A stretch of DNA of 58,062 nt from a virus: IMG/VR virus record IMGVR_UViG_3300029120_000017; one strand, given 5' to 3'. The notes under the pieces were generated by a model. That model did no database searches and was not told the origin of the DNA. It saw nothing but the letters and a program-made list of their open reading frames with translations. Every line of letters begins with the position of its first letter. Within the stretch, counting starts at the first letter, position 1. Below are positions 42,915-50,487 of the stretch, in pieces. Position numbers and translations under genes: made by a program.

Positions 42915-43234
42915 TAGATATTGTTGTCGTTCTCTTTCAAGACCAAGTCTGGCGAAATTCCAGCACTTTCAGCGATAGATTTAATTCTCTCCTTCAGCAG
43001 CTTGGTATCATAGCTTTGTGAAAAGCCTCCAGCACTCTCAGAAGATAATGAAAGCATTTTCGATAAACACAACATTGAGGCTAAAGCAACGGTCTTTCTC
43101 GCCTCGCTGTTGTATTCATCTGTCGGCGCGTATGGCGTAAAACGAAATCCAGCGTCTATCAGTCCCTTTTCCATAGATGCCATAGATTGCTCGTATGGCT
43201 CTATCTCCGTTGCAATAGCCTCAATAATATTCAT
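42899..43234 (-). CDS. head-tail connector (DNA-packaging gp6-like position)
   Basis: 111-aa ORF immediately after the capsid gene. Confidence 0.4.
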   Translation of the reverse strand: MNIIEAIATEIEPYEQSMASMEKGLIDAGFRFTPYAPTDEYNSEARKTVALASMLCLSKMLSLSSESAGGFSQSYDTKLLKERIKSIAESAGISPDLVLKENDNNIYCIHI

Positions 43235-43237
43235 TTT

Positions 43238-44329
43238 TTATGCTGTTTTATCGGTTTCCATAATAAAGAAATCATCAAGACCATAGAATACAGGCGTTGC
43301 CCACATCTCATAGTCGATGAATCGTCCTTTTTCGTTTCGCCAAAAGCCTACAAGTGCATCGTCATACTGGCTATATGTCTTGTTAGGCAGAGGATCAATC
43401 ATTTCAAGAGGGTCTGATACCTTCAACACGGCGACATTCTGAACACATTGGAACACAACACGGTCATCAACGGTCATGTTAATTATACTTCCATCCTGCA
43501 ATTTCACAAAACGGTCAGGCTCTATTGTGATTGTCGGCAACAAAAGGCTTTCAAGATACAAGTTCGCTTCGTTGAACGTGATTTTTGCAGGACTGATGTC
43601 AACCTTGCCAAGTTTCAGTTTGAACGTATCTGCAAACTCCTTGCTCTTGCACATCTTGCGGAATGTGCGTGTACTCATACGCATCTTAACAACCGTCTTA
43701 CCCTTGGCAGACAATTCGTCTACAATACGCTGAATATCAGAAATCGGCGTTGAAGCCTCCTCACCCCATTTGGCGGTAGGATGATATTTCTTCACGCCCA
43801 AATCAATCTTGTAAGTAACATTTGATTTCTTGTTGTTCTTGGCATCAACGGTCTGTGTGCCGCTGAACAAACCTTCATAGTAAAGCAAGTCGATTCGTTT
43901 CTGAGGCGCGATAACTGCTTTTTCAAACGGGTCAAACAAATACTTCACAAGTTTGGCGTAATCGTTAGAAGCATACATCGCAGGAGTGTCATTTCCGTAT
44001 TTATTGCGCAAACGGCCTTCCATGTAGTAATACTGGTCTAATCGGTCATTATCCATCTGCCATTCGTCACCCATGTGCGAAATTGAACCAACAAGCTCAT
44101 TTGCACTTGGCATGGTGTGCGTTGGCTTTTCGCCGTTTTTGTCAATTACACTACCGACCATCGCTGCACTATACTCCGCAATCGCGGCACGATACGTGCG
44201 TGAAGCCTCGTAGTCAATTGTGGCAATCTCATCTTTCCAAAGTGGTTTGTACGTGGAGTTTTTCATTTGCTCCTGCACAAACACATCAAATCTCTTAGGC
44301 TTTTCCAGCTCTTTAATTAGACTATCCAT
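43238..44329 (-). CDS. major capsid protein
   Basis: 363 aa, third gene after the late promoter, preceded by scaffold-like and decoration-like genes (lambda D/E-like order). Confidence 0.7.
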   Translation of the reverse strand: MDSLIKELEKPKRFDVFVQEQMKNSTYKPLWKDEIATIDYEASRTYRAAIAEYSAAMVGSVIDKNGEKPTHTMPSANELVGSISHMGDEWQMDNDRLDQYYYMEGRLRNKYGNDTPAMYASNDYAKLVKYLFDPFEKAVIAPQKRIDLLYYEGLFSGTQTVDAKNNKKSNVTYKIDLGVKKYHPTAKWGEEASTPISDIQRIVDELSAKGKTVVKMRMSTRTFRKMCKSKEFADTFKLKLGKVDISPAKITFNEANLYLESLLLPTITIEPDRFVKLQDGSIINMTVDDRVVFQCVQNVAVLKVSDPLEMIDPLPNKTYSQYDDALVGFWRNEKGRFIDYEMWATPVFYGLDDFFIMETDKTA

Positions 44330-44342
44330 CTCTATTCTTTAG

Positions 44343-44891
44343 TTAAGGTTTAATTAAATACTTATGCGTAACAGTCAAAGCCTCCTTAATCGCCTCGTTA
44401 ATAGGATAAGGCAAGGAATCTTCGTCAATCTCATACGCTTGCAAAGTAGGCGTGCAGCTCTGTTGGCCGTCAAGTTCAACGGTGGCATAATTCAAGCCGA
44501 TAACCTTGCCTGCGTTGCCATCGTCAACTACGGCGTTAGCTTCCACTTCGTTTTCAAGTGCTGAAATCGTCAGCTTCGTAAAATCACTTGACGAATCATC
44601 AACCTTGGAAATTGTAGAGCCAGCAATCTTGTCACCGACCATGAACAATGAACCTTTGTTTACTTTAAGCGTTGTAGCGGCTTGTACTGCTTTCTCGTAC
44701 ACCTTTGCCGTTTTGCACGCACTAACCATACCGTTAGTAAGCAACACCAATGGCGTTCCCTTTGGTAGCCATTTCAACGTTGACGGCAAATTGGTTTCAT
44801 CAATCGTGAAACCAGCAACACGCCGCACGCAGCTCTTTTCATCCCAAGCACCTTCTTTGATGTCTGTCGGAAATTTCTTCTTGTAGTACAT
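44343..44891 (-). CDS. capsid-associated protein (decoration-like position)
   Basis: ATG 44891 (MYYKKKFPTD...), between the scaffold and capsid genes. Confidence 0.35.
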   Translation of the reverse strand: MYYKKKFPTDIKEGAWDEKSCVRRVAGFTIDETNLPSTLKWLPKGTPLVLLTNGMVSACKTAKVYEKAVQAATTLKVNKGSLFMVGDKIAGSTISKVDDSSSDFTKLTISALENEVEANAVVDDGNAGKVIGLNYATVELDGQQSCTPTLQAYEIDEDSLPYPINEAIKEALTVTHKYLIKP

Positions 44892-44898
44892 AACTTTC

Positions 44899-45525
44899 TT
44901 ATTTTTCTTTTGTTTCAAGTGCCTTTTGCGCTCCCTGCATCAGCTTTACAAATCCTTCATCGGAATCAGCATCACCGCCAGAAGTTGGAGGCTCAGCAAT
45001 TCCAAGCGATTCAAGGATTGCCTTACGTTCGTCTGCATAATCCTGCGCAATCTGTGAGGCAACATTATCGAGGTCTTCTTCTTTCTCCAGCTTGTAACGC
45101 GAAATGAACTTTGCAGGAATACCTTTCAATTTCTCGTTGCTTGAAAGAACTTGCGACAAACGCTCAGATTCACGTTGCTGTTGGATTGGTTTGATGGCCT
45201 CTGCGATACCCTCAGAAATAAGTTTCGCAATCGCCTCTTTGGTCAAAGAATTTTCTTCAATTGGTTTTGTTTTGCCTTCTTCTATTGTATTCGGCTTCAC
45301 GTAACCTTTGTACTTTTCTTCAATGGCGCTTGCATATCTATTACCGACCTTTTGAAGCATATTAACGTATGATTCAGCACCGTTTGCTACGTTACTAATT
45401 TCCTCATCCGTTGAATCTTCTTTAAGGCTGCTTGACAAAACGTCAGCAAGCTCTTCAAGTTCGTTTGCCTTAAAACCCTTGCTCGCGTACAAGGTTTTCA
45501 AAACTTGGATTAACTTTTTCTTCAT
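44899..45525 (-). CDS. scaffolding protein, putative
   Basis: 208 aa, helical E/K/A-rich, first gene of the head block. Confidence 0.5.
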   Translation of the reverse strand: MKKKLIQVLKTLYASKGFKANELEELADVLSSSLKEDSTDEEISNVANGAESYVNMLQKVGNRYASAIEEKYKGYVKPNTIEEGKTKPIEENSLTKEAIAKLISEGIAEAIKPIQQQRESERLSQVLSSNEKLKGIPAKFISRYKLEKEEDLDNVASQIAQDYADERKAILESLGIAEPPTSGGDADSDEGFVKLMQGAQKALETKEK

Positions 45526-45554
45526 GTCTCATTTCATTTGTTTAATTACATCCA

Positions 45555-45585
45555 CAAAATTAATTGAATTATTCAACACAACAAA
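45555..45585 (-). promoter_or_regulatory. Bacteroidota-type promoter for the head/tail gene block
   Basis: Plus-strand CAAAATTA 45555-45562 and CAAA 45582-45585 (reverse complement of TTTG-N19-TAATTTTG), about 25 nt upstream of the scaffold ATG. Confidence 0.45.
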
Positions 45586-45717
45586 ATGAAATGATTAAAA
45601 ATATCTATCCCATAAACACCCTTTTAAAATTCAACTCAAAAACACGAATCCCTTCCCCCTGGATATTCGGCGAGAAATTTGAAAAATTTCGAGCATCGGC
45701 TAAATATATAGGGGTGA

Positions 45718-45837
45718 TTTTTTGGTCTGCCTCACTTATTACAATATATGGTTTATTAAGATAAGTAATATGAACCTGTGAATATTACTTAGATTAATAA
45801 ATTATATATTGTAATATTAGTGAGGCAGACCAAAAAA
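45718..45837. repeat. about 120-bp nested palindrome (outer 32/34-nt arms, inner about 16-nt arms)
   Basis: ttttttggtctgcctcacttattacaatatat (45718-45749) vs the reverse complement of 45804-45837. Inner arms ttaagataagtaatat / atattacttagattaa around gaacctgtga. Confidence 0.85.
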
Positions 45838-45908
45838 TCCAAGGAATTTTCGAGATTTTTTTCGCGGCTTTTAAATGTCTGAAAATCAGAGATTTAAGGC
45901 AAGAAAAT

Positions 45909-45953
45909 ATGCACTTGCAATGCACTTGCAATGCAAATGCAATGCAAGTGCAT
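45909..45953. repeat. four tandem 11-bp repeats ATGCA(C/A)(T/A/G)TGCA, ends mutually inverted
   Basis: atgcacttgca atgcacttgca atgcaaatgca atgcaagtgca t read directly. Confidence 0.85.
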
Positions 45954-46100
45954 AAAACACCCACTGATTATCAGTGAGTTACGCCAATAAAATTTTTGAG
46001 TAGTCAAAAAAGCTATGTATTTATGTGTATTTTCGCGCTGCGTGAATATGGAGCAGGTGAAAAATAATTGTACTTCCATCTAAAATATTAGCGAAAACAT

Positions 46101-46131
46101 TTTGTATATATAAAGATTATATCTATCTTTG
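46101..46131 (+). promoter_or_regulatory. Bacteroidota-type promoter (TTTG-N19-TATCTTTG) for the plus-strand block
   Basis: TTTG 46101-46104, TATCTTTG 46124-46131. Confidence 0.5.
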
Positions 46132-46171
46132 CAATATAAAAGAAAGGTAATTGACAACTAACCACCTAAAA

Positions 46172-46579
46172 ATGAGAATTATGAAGTTGATTTACGCAAA
46201 AGATATTAAGGCAATCACGAAGATGTTCAATCTTTCAGAAGACGAGAACTGGTTCTTGAAGAATTTATCAGATTCTATCAATAGCGAGAAATCAGAAATC
46301 TGCATGGATATTCAAGAAGTATTGCTATATGGCACAAGTATCGGTGAAAAGAGAAGTGCTGTTAAGGCTTTGTTGGTGTATTTTGGTGCAAAGGCGCAGA
46401 AAGAGAACGATTTGCGGATGGCATTTGACCAAACCACTTGGAAATTGGCAGATATGCTCAAATGTGGCTCTTACCAAGTGAAGCAATGGTTTAAGTCTAT
46501 TGCAACGAATAAAGACCGATTCGGTAAATTCGTTGAATGCTCTGAAACATTTGGTTTGAATTATTTGGAAATAGCATAA
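46172..46579 (+). CDS. hypothetical protein
   Basis: ATG 46172 (MRIMKLIYAKD...); the track start at 46151 is TTG. Confidence 0.55.
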   Translation: MRIMKLIYAKDIKAITKMFNLSEDENWFLKNLSDSINSEKSEICMDIQEVLLYGTSIGEKRSAVKALLVYFGAKAQKENDLRMAFDQTTWKLADMLKCGSYQVKQWFKSIATNKDRFGKFVECSETFGLNYLEIA

Positions 46580-46941
46580 TGGAAAGTTTAAAGCAGGTTG
46601 GCAACTCCTATAATGAGTTTGTCTATGATAGTGGAAACGAGATTATACCTAATGGCGTAACCCGTTCTAAAGTTATCAACTTTGCAGAAAGAGTGCTTAG
46701 GCGATACGCTTCTCATACTGAGAATTATGACACATATAATGCCAAGCGAACAGATTTAGAGATACGAGCCAATAAGTTGTTCATGTCGGAAAGTCGCTGG
46801 TTCTCTGTAAAGAATGGCAGAATTATTGCTGTGAATGATATACAGGCAAAGGCTTGGTATGAACTTGTTGCTCACAAAGATGCACAGGGTCGTTTAAAGT
46901 CTGTTTCTGTTATAAAGTATCATGATTTTGACCATAAATAG
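46579..46941 (+). CDS. hypothetical protein
   Basis: 120-aa ORF; start overlaps the upstream stop (TAATG). Confidence 0.6.
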   Translation: MESLKQVGNSYNEFVYDSGNEIIPNGVTRSKVINFAERVLRRYASHTENYDTYNAKRTDLEIRANKLFMSESRWFSVKNGRIIAVNDIQAKAWYELVAHKDAQGRLKSVSVIKYHDFDHK

Positions 46942-46976
46942 CATAGCGTAAAAAACAAACAAAACAATATAGAATT

Positions 46977-47354
46977 ATGGAAGCAACAATAAATCAAATA
47001 CAGGAAATAGTGTCAGTTCTGACATCAGACGAGCAGCAGCTACTTAAAGATACCATCAATTACGGAGCATGGGGCGATAGCGATTGGGAGTTTCTTGATG
47101 ATAACGAGAAAGTGGAAACTGTTACAATGTATGGTTACTGCACCAATGACGCTAAGAGAGCTGGGCATTTCAGCGGAAGAAAGGTATCTTCCATGTTCCG
47201 TTCTATTTATAAGAAGTTATGCCCAGCAAATCACAATCAAATAGGCAGATACATTTCACATTGTAATGATTGGTGGGGCGATGGTAGCGGCGATATGCTG
47301 TTCATCAGAAAAGGCTACTATAATGCCTTTGAGGAATGGGCATGGAAAAAGTAA
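46977..47354 (+). CDS. hypothetical protein
   Basis: 125-aa ORF. Confidence 0.6.
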   Translation: MEATINQIQEIVSVLTSDEQQLLKDTINYGAWGDSDWEFLDDNEKVETVTMYGYCTNDAKRAGHFSGRKVSSMFRSIYKKLCPANHNQIGRYISHCNDWWGDGSGDMLFIRKGYYNAFEEWAWKK

Positions 47355-47394
47355 ATAGACTAACAATGAGGCTTTTGCTCAAAATAAACAATCA

Positions 47395-47595
47395 ATGGAA
47401 TACACAATAGAAGAAATACAAACAATGCTGAATATTGTTTCGGCTGTACTTCACAATAGGCGTTATCAGCAAGGTAGCACATTACGCATATCAACGGTTT
47501 ATAATATTGACGATTTCGACATATCGACAATGGAAAAATGGATTGCGTATTGGAAGCAAACAATAGATTCAACAAAACCGACTAAAATTAAATAA
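47395..47595 (+). CDS. hypothetical protein, paralog of 18559-18756
   Basis: 66 aa, ...TVYNIDDFDISTMEKWIAYWKQTIDSTKPTKIK. Confidence 0.6.
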   Translation: MEYTIEEIQTMLNIVSAVLHNRRYQQGSTLRISTVYNIDDFDISTMEKWIAYWKQTIDSTKPTKIK

Positions 47596-47599
47596 TAAT

Positions 47600-47917
47600 A
47601 TGAAGAATAGTCTTTCCAACTTTACGACAAAATGCTTGATTTTTAAAAGATTCTTCTATTTCAAGATGGGTGTGACTACGCACGAAGTTGAAGACACTGA
47701 ACAAGATATGTTTTCGGGAACTGTGTATATTAACCGACATGAATTTATCTGTGTTGAGAAGGAGAAAGACAAATATATGGTGTATATCAATAATCCAGAC
47801 GGACACGATGGCGAGCAATGGGTTTTCGGATATTACGAGGATTTTGAATTGGCTATACAGGTAATGGATGTTATCATAGATAGAGGAGAATATCCTCAGC
47901 CATTAGAAGTCTGGTGA
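47600..47917 (+). CDS. hypothetical protein (alternative start ATG 47666)
   Basis: 105-aa ORF. Confidence 0.5.
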   Translation: MKNSLSNFTTKCLIFKRFFYFKMGVTTHEVEDTEQDMFSGTVYINRHEFICVEKEKDKYMVYINNPDGHDGEQWVFGYYEDFELAIQVMDVIIDRGEYPQPLEVW

Positions 47918-47930
47918 TGGTAATAAGACA

Positions 47931-47993
47931 ATGAGGAAATGTGTTGCATATTGGAAGCAAACAATAGACGCAATAAAACCGACTAAGAAATGA
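47931..47993 (+). pseudogene. 20-codon remnant of the 47395-47595 / 18559-18756 gene family (MRKCVAYWKQTIDAIKPTKK)
   Basis: About 60-nt near-duplicate of 47530-47595, including the 20-nt identity tattggaagcaaacaataga. The following ATGAAGAAT is also duplicated. Confidence 0.55.
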
Positions 47994-48026
47994 AGAATTG
48001 ATAATAACAATGTAAAACATACAGAT

Positions 48027-48377
48027 ATGGCAAAATTAAAAATGATAATTCCCAGATGGAACATTGAAGAAGAAACAGGCTACAAACCTTTCACTACATT
48101 CTGGCAAGATTTCTCTATTGCTGACACATACGGCTTGCAAGCTATTCAAGACACGTTCAACCGTGCCTTTGATGAGTGGAAAGAAGATTACAAATACCTT
48201 ACAGAACTTGTACTTGTTCTTAATCATAAAATTTGCTACCATTATATTGAGAATGGTACAGATGAAGAAAACGTTAAAGCTTATCTTTACAATAAACTCT
48301 GGAATGAAGCCAACGACTACGCATTAGATAACTTGCAAGGTGAGCAAGCTGATTACTTCTATCGCATAACAGATTAA
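48027..48377 (+). CDS. hypothetical protein
   Basis: 116-aa ORF. Confidence 0.6.
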   Translation: MAKLKMIIPRWNIEEETGYKPFTTFWQDFSIADTYGLQAIQDTFNRAFDEWKEDYKYLTELVLVLNHKICYHYIENGTDEENVKAYLYNKLWNEANDYALDNLQGEQADYFYRITD

Positions 48378-48390
48378 GCTAAGAGAAACA

Positions 48391-48594
48391 ATGAATGATA
48401 AAGAAATAAAAGTGCTGCGTCACATTGTAGCTGAATTGCTTAATAACGTGCAATATACGGCAGAAGAAAAGGTTATTGTCGAAACAGAAGACGGAGGATA
48501 TCGCATTTGCGGAACGCTAAGAACTGCAAAATCCAAAATCTATAGCCTTAGTATGTCAGAGCTGAATGTAATGCGAAAATTCGTTGAACAATGA
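48391..48594 (+). CDS. hypothetical protein
   Basis: 67-aa ORF. Confidence 0.55.
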   Translation: MNDKEIKVLRHIVAELLNNVQYTAEEKVIVETEDGGYRICGTLRTAKSKIYSLSMSELNVMRKFVEQ

Positions 48595-48866
48595 AAGTAA
48601 GACTATTGAAGAAATTACGCATGCGAGCTTCTATCCTTCTTGAATTGCACGACTATGGAGCGAAGTACTCCAAGATGGTAGGAAATTGTAGATATGTACT
48701 CGTCAGAAGAGATAATAAAGAGTTCATGGCTAATGGCAATAACATTGGATATCTTCTAAATGAGGCAGATAGAATAAAGCGCAATTACATCCTTTCAGAG
48801 GTAGAGGCATACAGAAAGAAAAAGGGAAAATCAAGGCAGGAATACAAAATCATAAAATTGGAATAA
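48591..48866 (+). CDS. hypothetical basic protein
   Basis: 91-aa ORF, ATGA overlap with the upstream gene. Confidence 0.55.
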   Translation: MKVRLLKKLRMRASILLELHDYGAKYSKMVGNCRYVLVRRDNKEFMANGNNIGYLLNEADRIKRNYILSEVEAYRKKKGKSRQEYKIIKLE

Positions 48867-48883
48867 AATAAAACGCAATTATG

Positions 48884-48914
48884 TTTGTGGTTACACATAA
48901 AAGTGGTATCTTTG
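48884..48914 (+). promoter_or_regulatory. Bacteroidota-type promoter (TTTG-N19-TATCTTTG) upstream of the antirepressor leader
   Basis: TTTG 48884-48887, TATCTTTG 48907-48914. Confidence 0.5.
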
Positions 48915-48918
48915 CGGT

Positions 48919-49085
48919 GCTAAAACTTTATTTATCGAAGGAATTATTACCATAATAGCCCTTTCTGTCCTCTTTGAGGATACATATAAGCGGTATTGTA
49001 CCCCCGTGGAATTGCTGTAATGGCATTCCGAACCTACCTTCGATAAGTAGTTTTAGCAGCGGGAAAGGCAATACCGCTATTTTTA
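48919..49085 (+). promoter_or_regulatory. structured about 165-nt 5' leader with alternative terminator / antiterminator pairings
   Basis: Long-range helix 48919-48941 / 49037-49057 (8 + 10 bp). Internal hairpins. Terminator agcgg...ccgct + atttttatt (49058-49085). Its 3' half (49069-49078) can instead pair perfectly (10 bp) with 48989-48998. Confidence 0.45.
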
Positions 49086-49115
49086 TTGCCTATAATGCTA
49101 AAAAAAATTATCGTT

Positions 49116-49949
49116 ATGACTGAAAATCAAAATCTTACAGTGATTGACAGTGAGGTTATTTGCAATCAACAAGTCAATGTTTATGGCACAATGGAAAAGC
49201 CTTTGTTCTTGGCTAAAGATGTAGCAAATTGGCTTGGTCATTCAAATCCATCAATGATGTTGTCTAAAATAGATAAGGAAGATAAAATTATTATTTATGC
49301 AAAGTTAAGTTTGCAAAATTCGGATATAACTAATGCTTATATCTCCTCAGAATCAGATAGTTGCAAATCAAACAACTACCTTTTCCTTACCGAATTTGGC
49401 GTTTACGAAGTCTTGATGCAATCGCGCCTGCCAAAAGCTAAGGAGTTCAAGAAAGGGGTGAAAGAAATCCTTAAACGAATTAGGCTCACAGGTAAATATG
49501 AAGCAGACACACATTCCGATGATGACCGCTCCAGAGATTTAATAGAAGCCCTAAAAGAGAATAACGCTCTGCTGCGCCAAGCATTACAGGCAAGTACTAA
49601 TACAAGGCAGCATGAGGCAAATAACCAATACTGTGATGATGCACCGAAAAACGGCCCTTTCTTCAATATTACAACGATAGCAAAGAAATTGAAGACCACG
49701 GCTCAGTACTTGAACAATATGTTGTCAAATAACGGATATATCGTCAATATTAATGGCTCTTGGTATCCTACGGAAAAACTGACAAACCTTCCAATGGTGG
49801 TGTATTGCAAAAGGACATATCATGTTTTTGGTGATGATATTAAGGCGTATGTCGCGTGGAATCATCTTGGTTTCAACCTAATCAATCAGCTCTTCCAAAT
49901 GGAAAATAGCGACAAGTCTTTGTTTGACGAAGAATCGCGCCCTTTCTAA
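49116..49949 (+). CDS. antirepressor (Bro-N domain plus KilA-C/ANT-like C-terminal domain)
   Basis: ATG 49116 (MTENQNLTVIDSE...); PLFLAKDVANWLGH...FLTEFGVYEVLMQSRLPKAKEFKKGV Bro-N pattern; the track start at 49086 is TTG inside the terminator tail. Confidence 0.7.
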   Translation: MTENQNLTVIDSEVICNQQVNVYGTMEKPLFLAKDVANWLGHSNPSMMLSKIDKEDKIIIYAKLSLQNSDITNAYISSESDSCKSNNYLFLTEFGVYEVLMQSRLPKAKEFKKGVKEILKRIRLTGKYEADTHSDDDRSRDLIEALKENNALLRQALQASTNTRQHEANNQYCDDAPKNGPFFNITTIAKKLKTTAQYLNNMLSNNGYIVNINGSWYPTEKLTNLPMVVYCKRTYHVFGDDIKAYVAWNHLGFNLINQLFQMENSDKSLFDEESRPF

Positions 49950-50004
49950 AATCCAAAATAAACAAATCCATCTTATTAATTAAACCACATAAAATTTCAC
50001 AACA

Positions 50005-50265
50005 ATGGCTGAATTTAACAACAAGAAAGCAAACGAGATTATGAACGGAGTTATTGATTTCAACACAAACGATTTCGCCCAGTGTCTTAACCAAATGGCT
50101 CTCGTAAGAGAAAACGTTTATCAGATTCTCAGTAAGACTTATCCCGAGGAGGAAGTTGAACACATGATGGATAATTTCAATTTTGATTACCACTTCGGCA
50201 AGTTGATTGAATCGCTTGGCTCGCTTCAATGGGAGCAAGTTAAACACAAGACGTTAGTCGGGTAA
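50005..50265 (+). CDS. hypothetical protein
   Basis: 86-aa ORF, last gene of the plus block. Confidence 0.55.
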   Translation: MAEFNNKKANEIMNGVIDFNTNDFAQCLNQMALVRENVYQILSKTYPEEEVEHMMDNFNFDYHFGKLIESLGSLQWEQVKHKTLVG

Positions 50266-50274
50266 GCAAAGAGA

Positions 50275-50315
50275 ATGCGGCACGCTGGCGGATTGGCTGG
50301 CGTGTCGCATTTCTT
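50275..50315 (+). terminator. rho-independent terminator of the plus-strand block
   Basis: atgcggcacgc / gcgtgtcgcat 11-bp stem (one G-T pair) followed by ttctt. Confidence 0.55.
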
Positions 50316-50402
50316 AATGAATTAACAAAAACTGAAAAAGATTTACATTTATTGTGTGTGGATATTTTCTTATTCCAATCAATATTTGTACTTTTGCATT
50401 GC

Positions 50403-50487
50403 GGGGGGAGCGTTTAATCCCCGAAAGGGGACACGTCCCCCGTTCCTACCACCATCCAGCATTTTTATGTTGGATGGTGGCGTTTTA
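50403..50487 (+). ncRNA. putative GC-rich small RNA, antisense to the last about 20 nt of the MuF gene
   Basis: TACTTTTG -7-like motif at 50389-50396. GC-rich segment 50401-50442 containing ccccGAAAgggg. Then a 14-bp stem (incl. one G-U pair), 4-nt loop hairpin (50449-50480) followed by cgtttta. Confidence 0.35.

Noticed and set aside
45564-45764. 66-aa plus-strand ORF in the late/early intergenic region
   Set aside because: It runs into the large palindrome and has no promoter or RBS-like context. The region is better explained as regulatory DNA.
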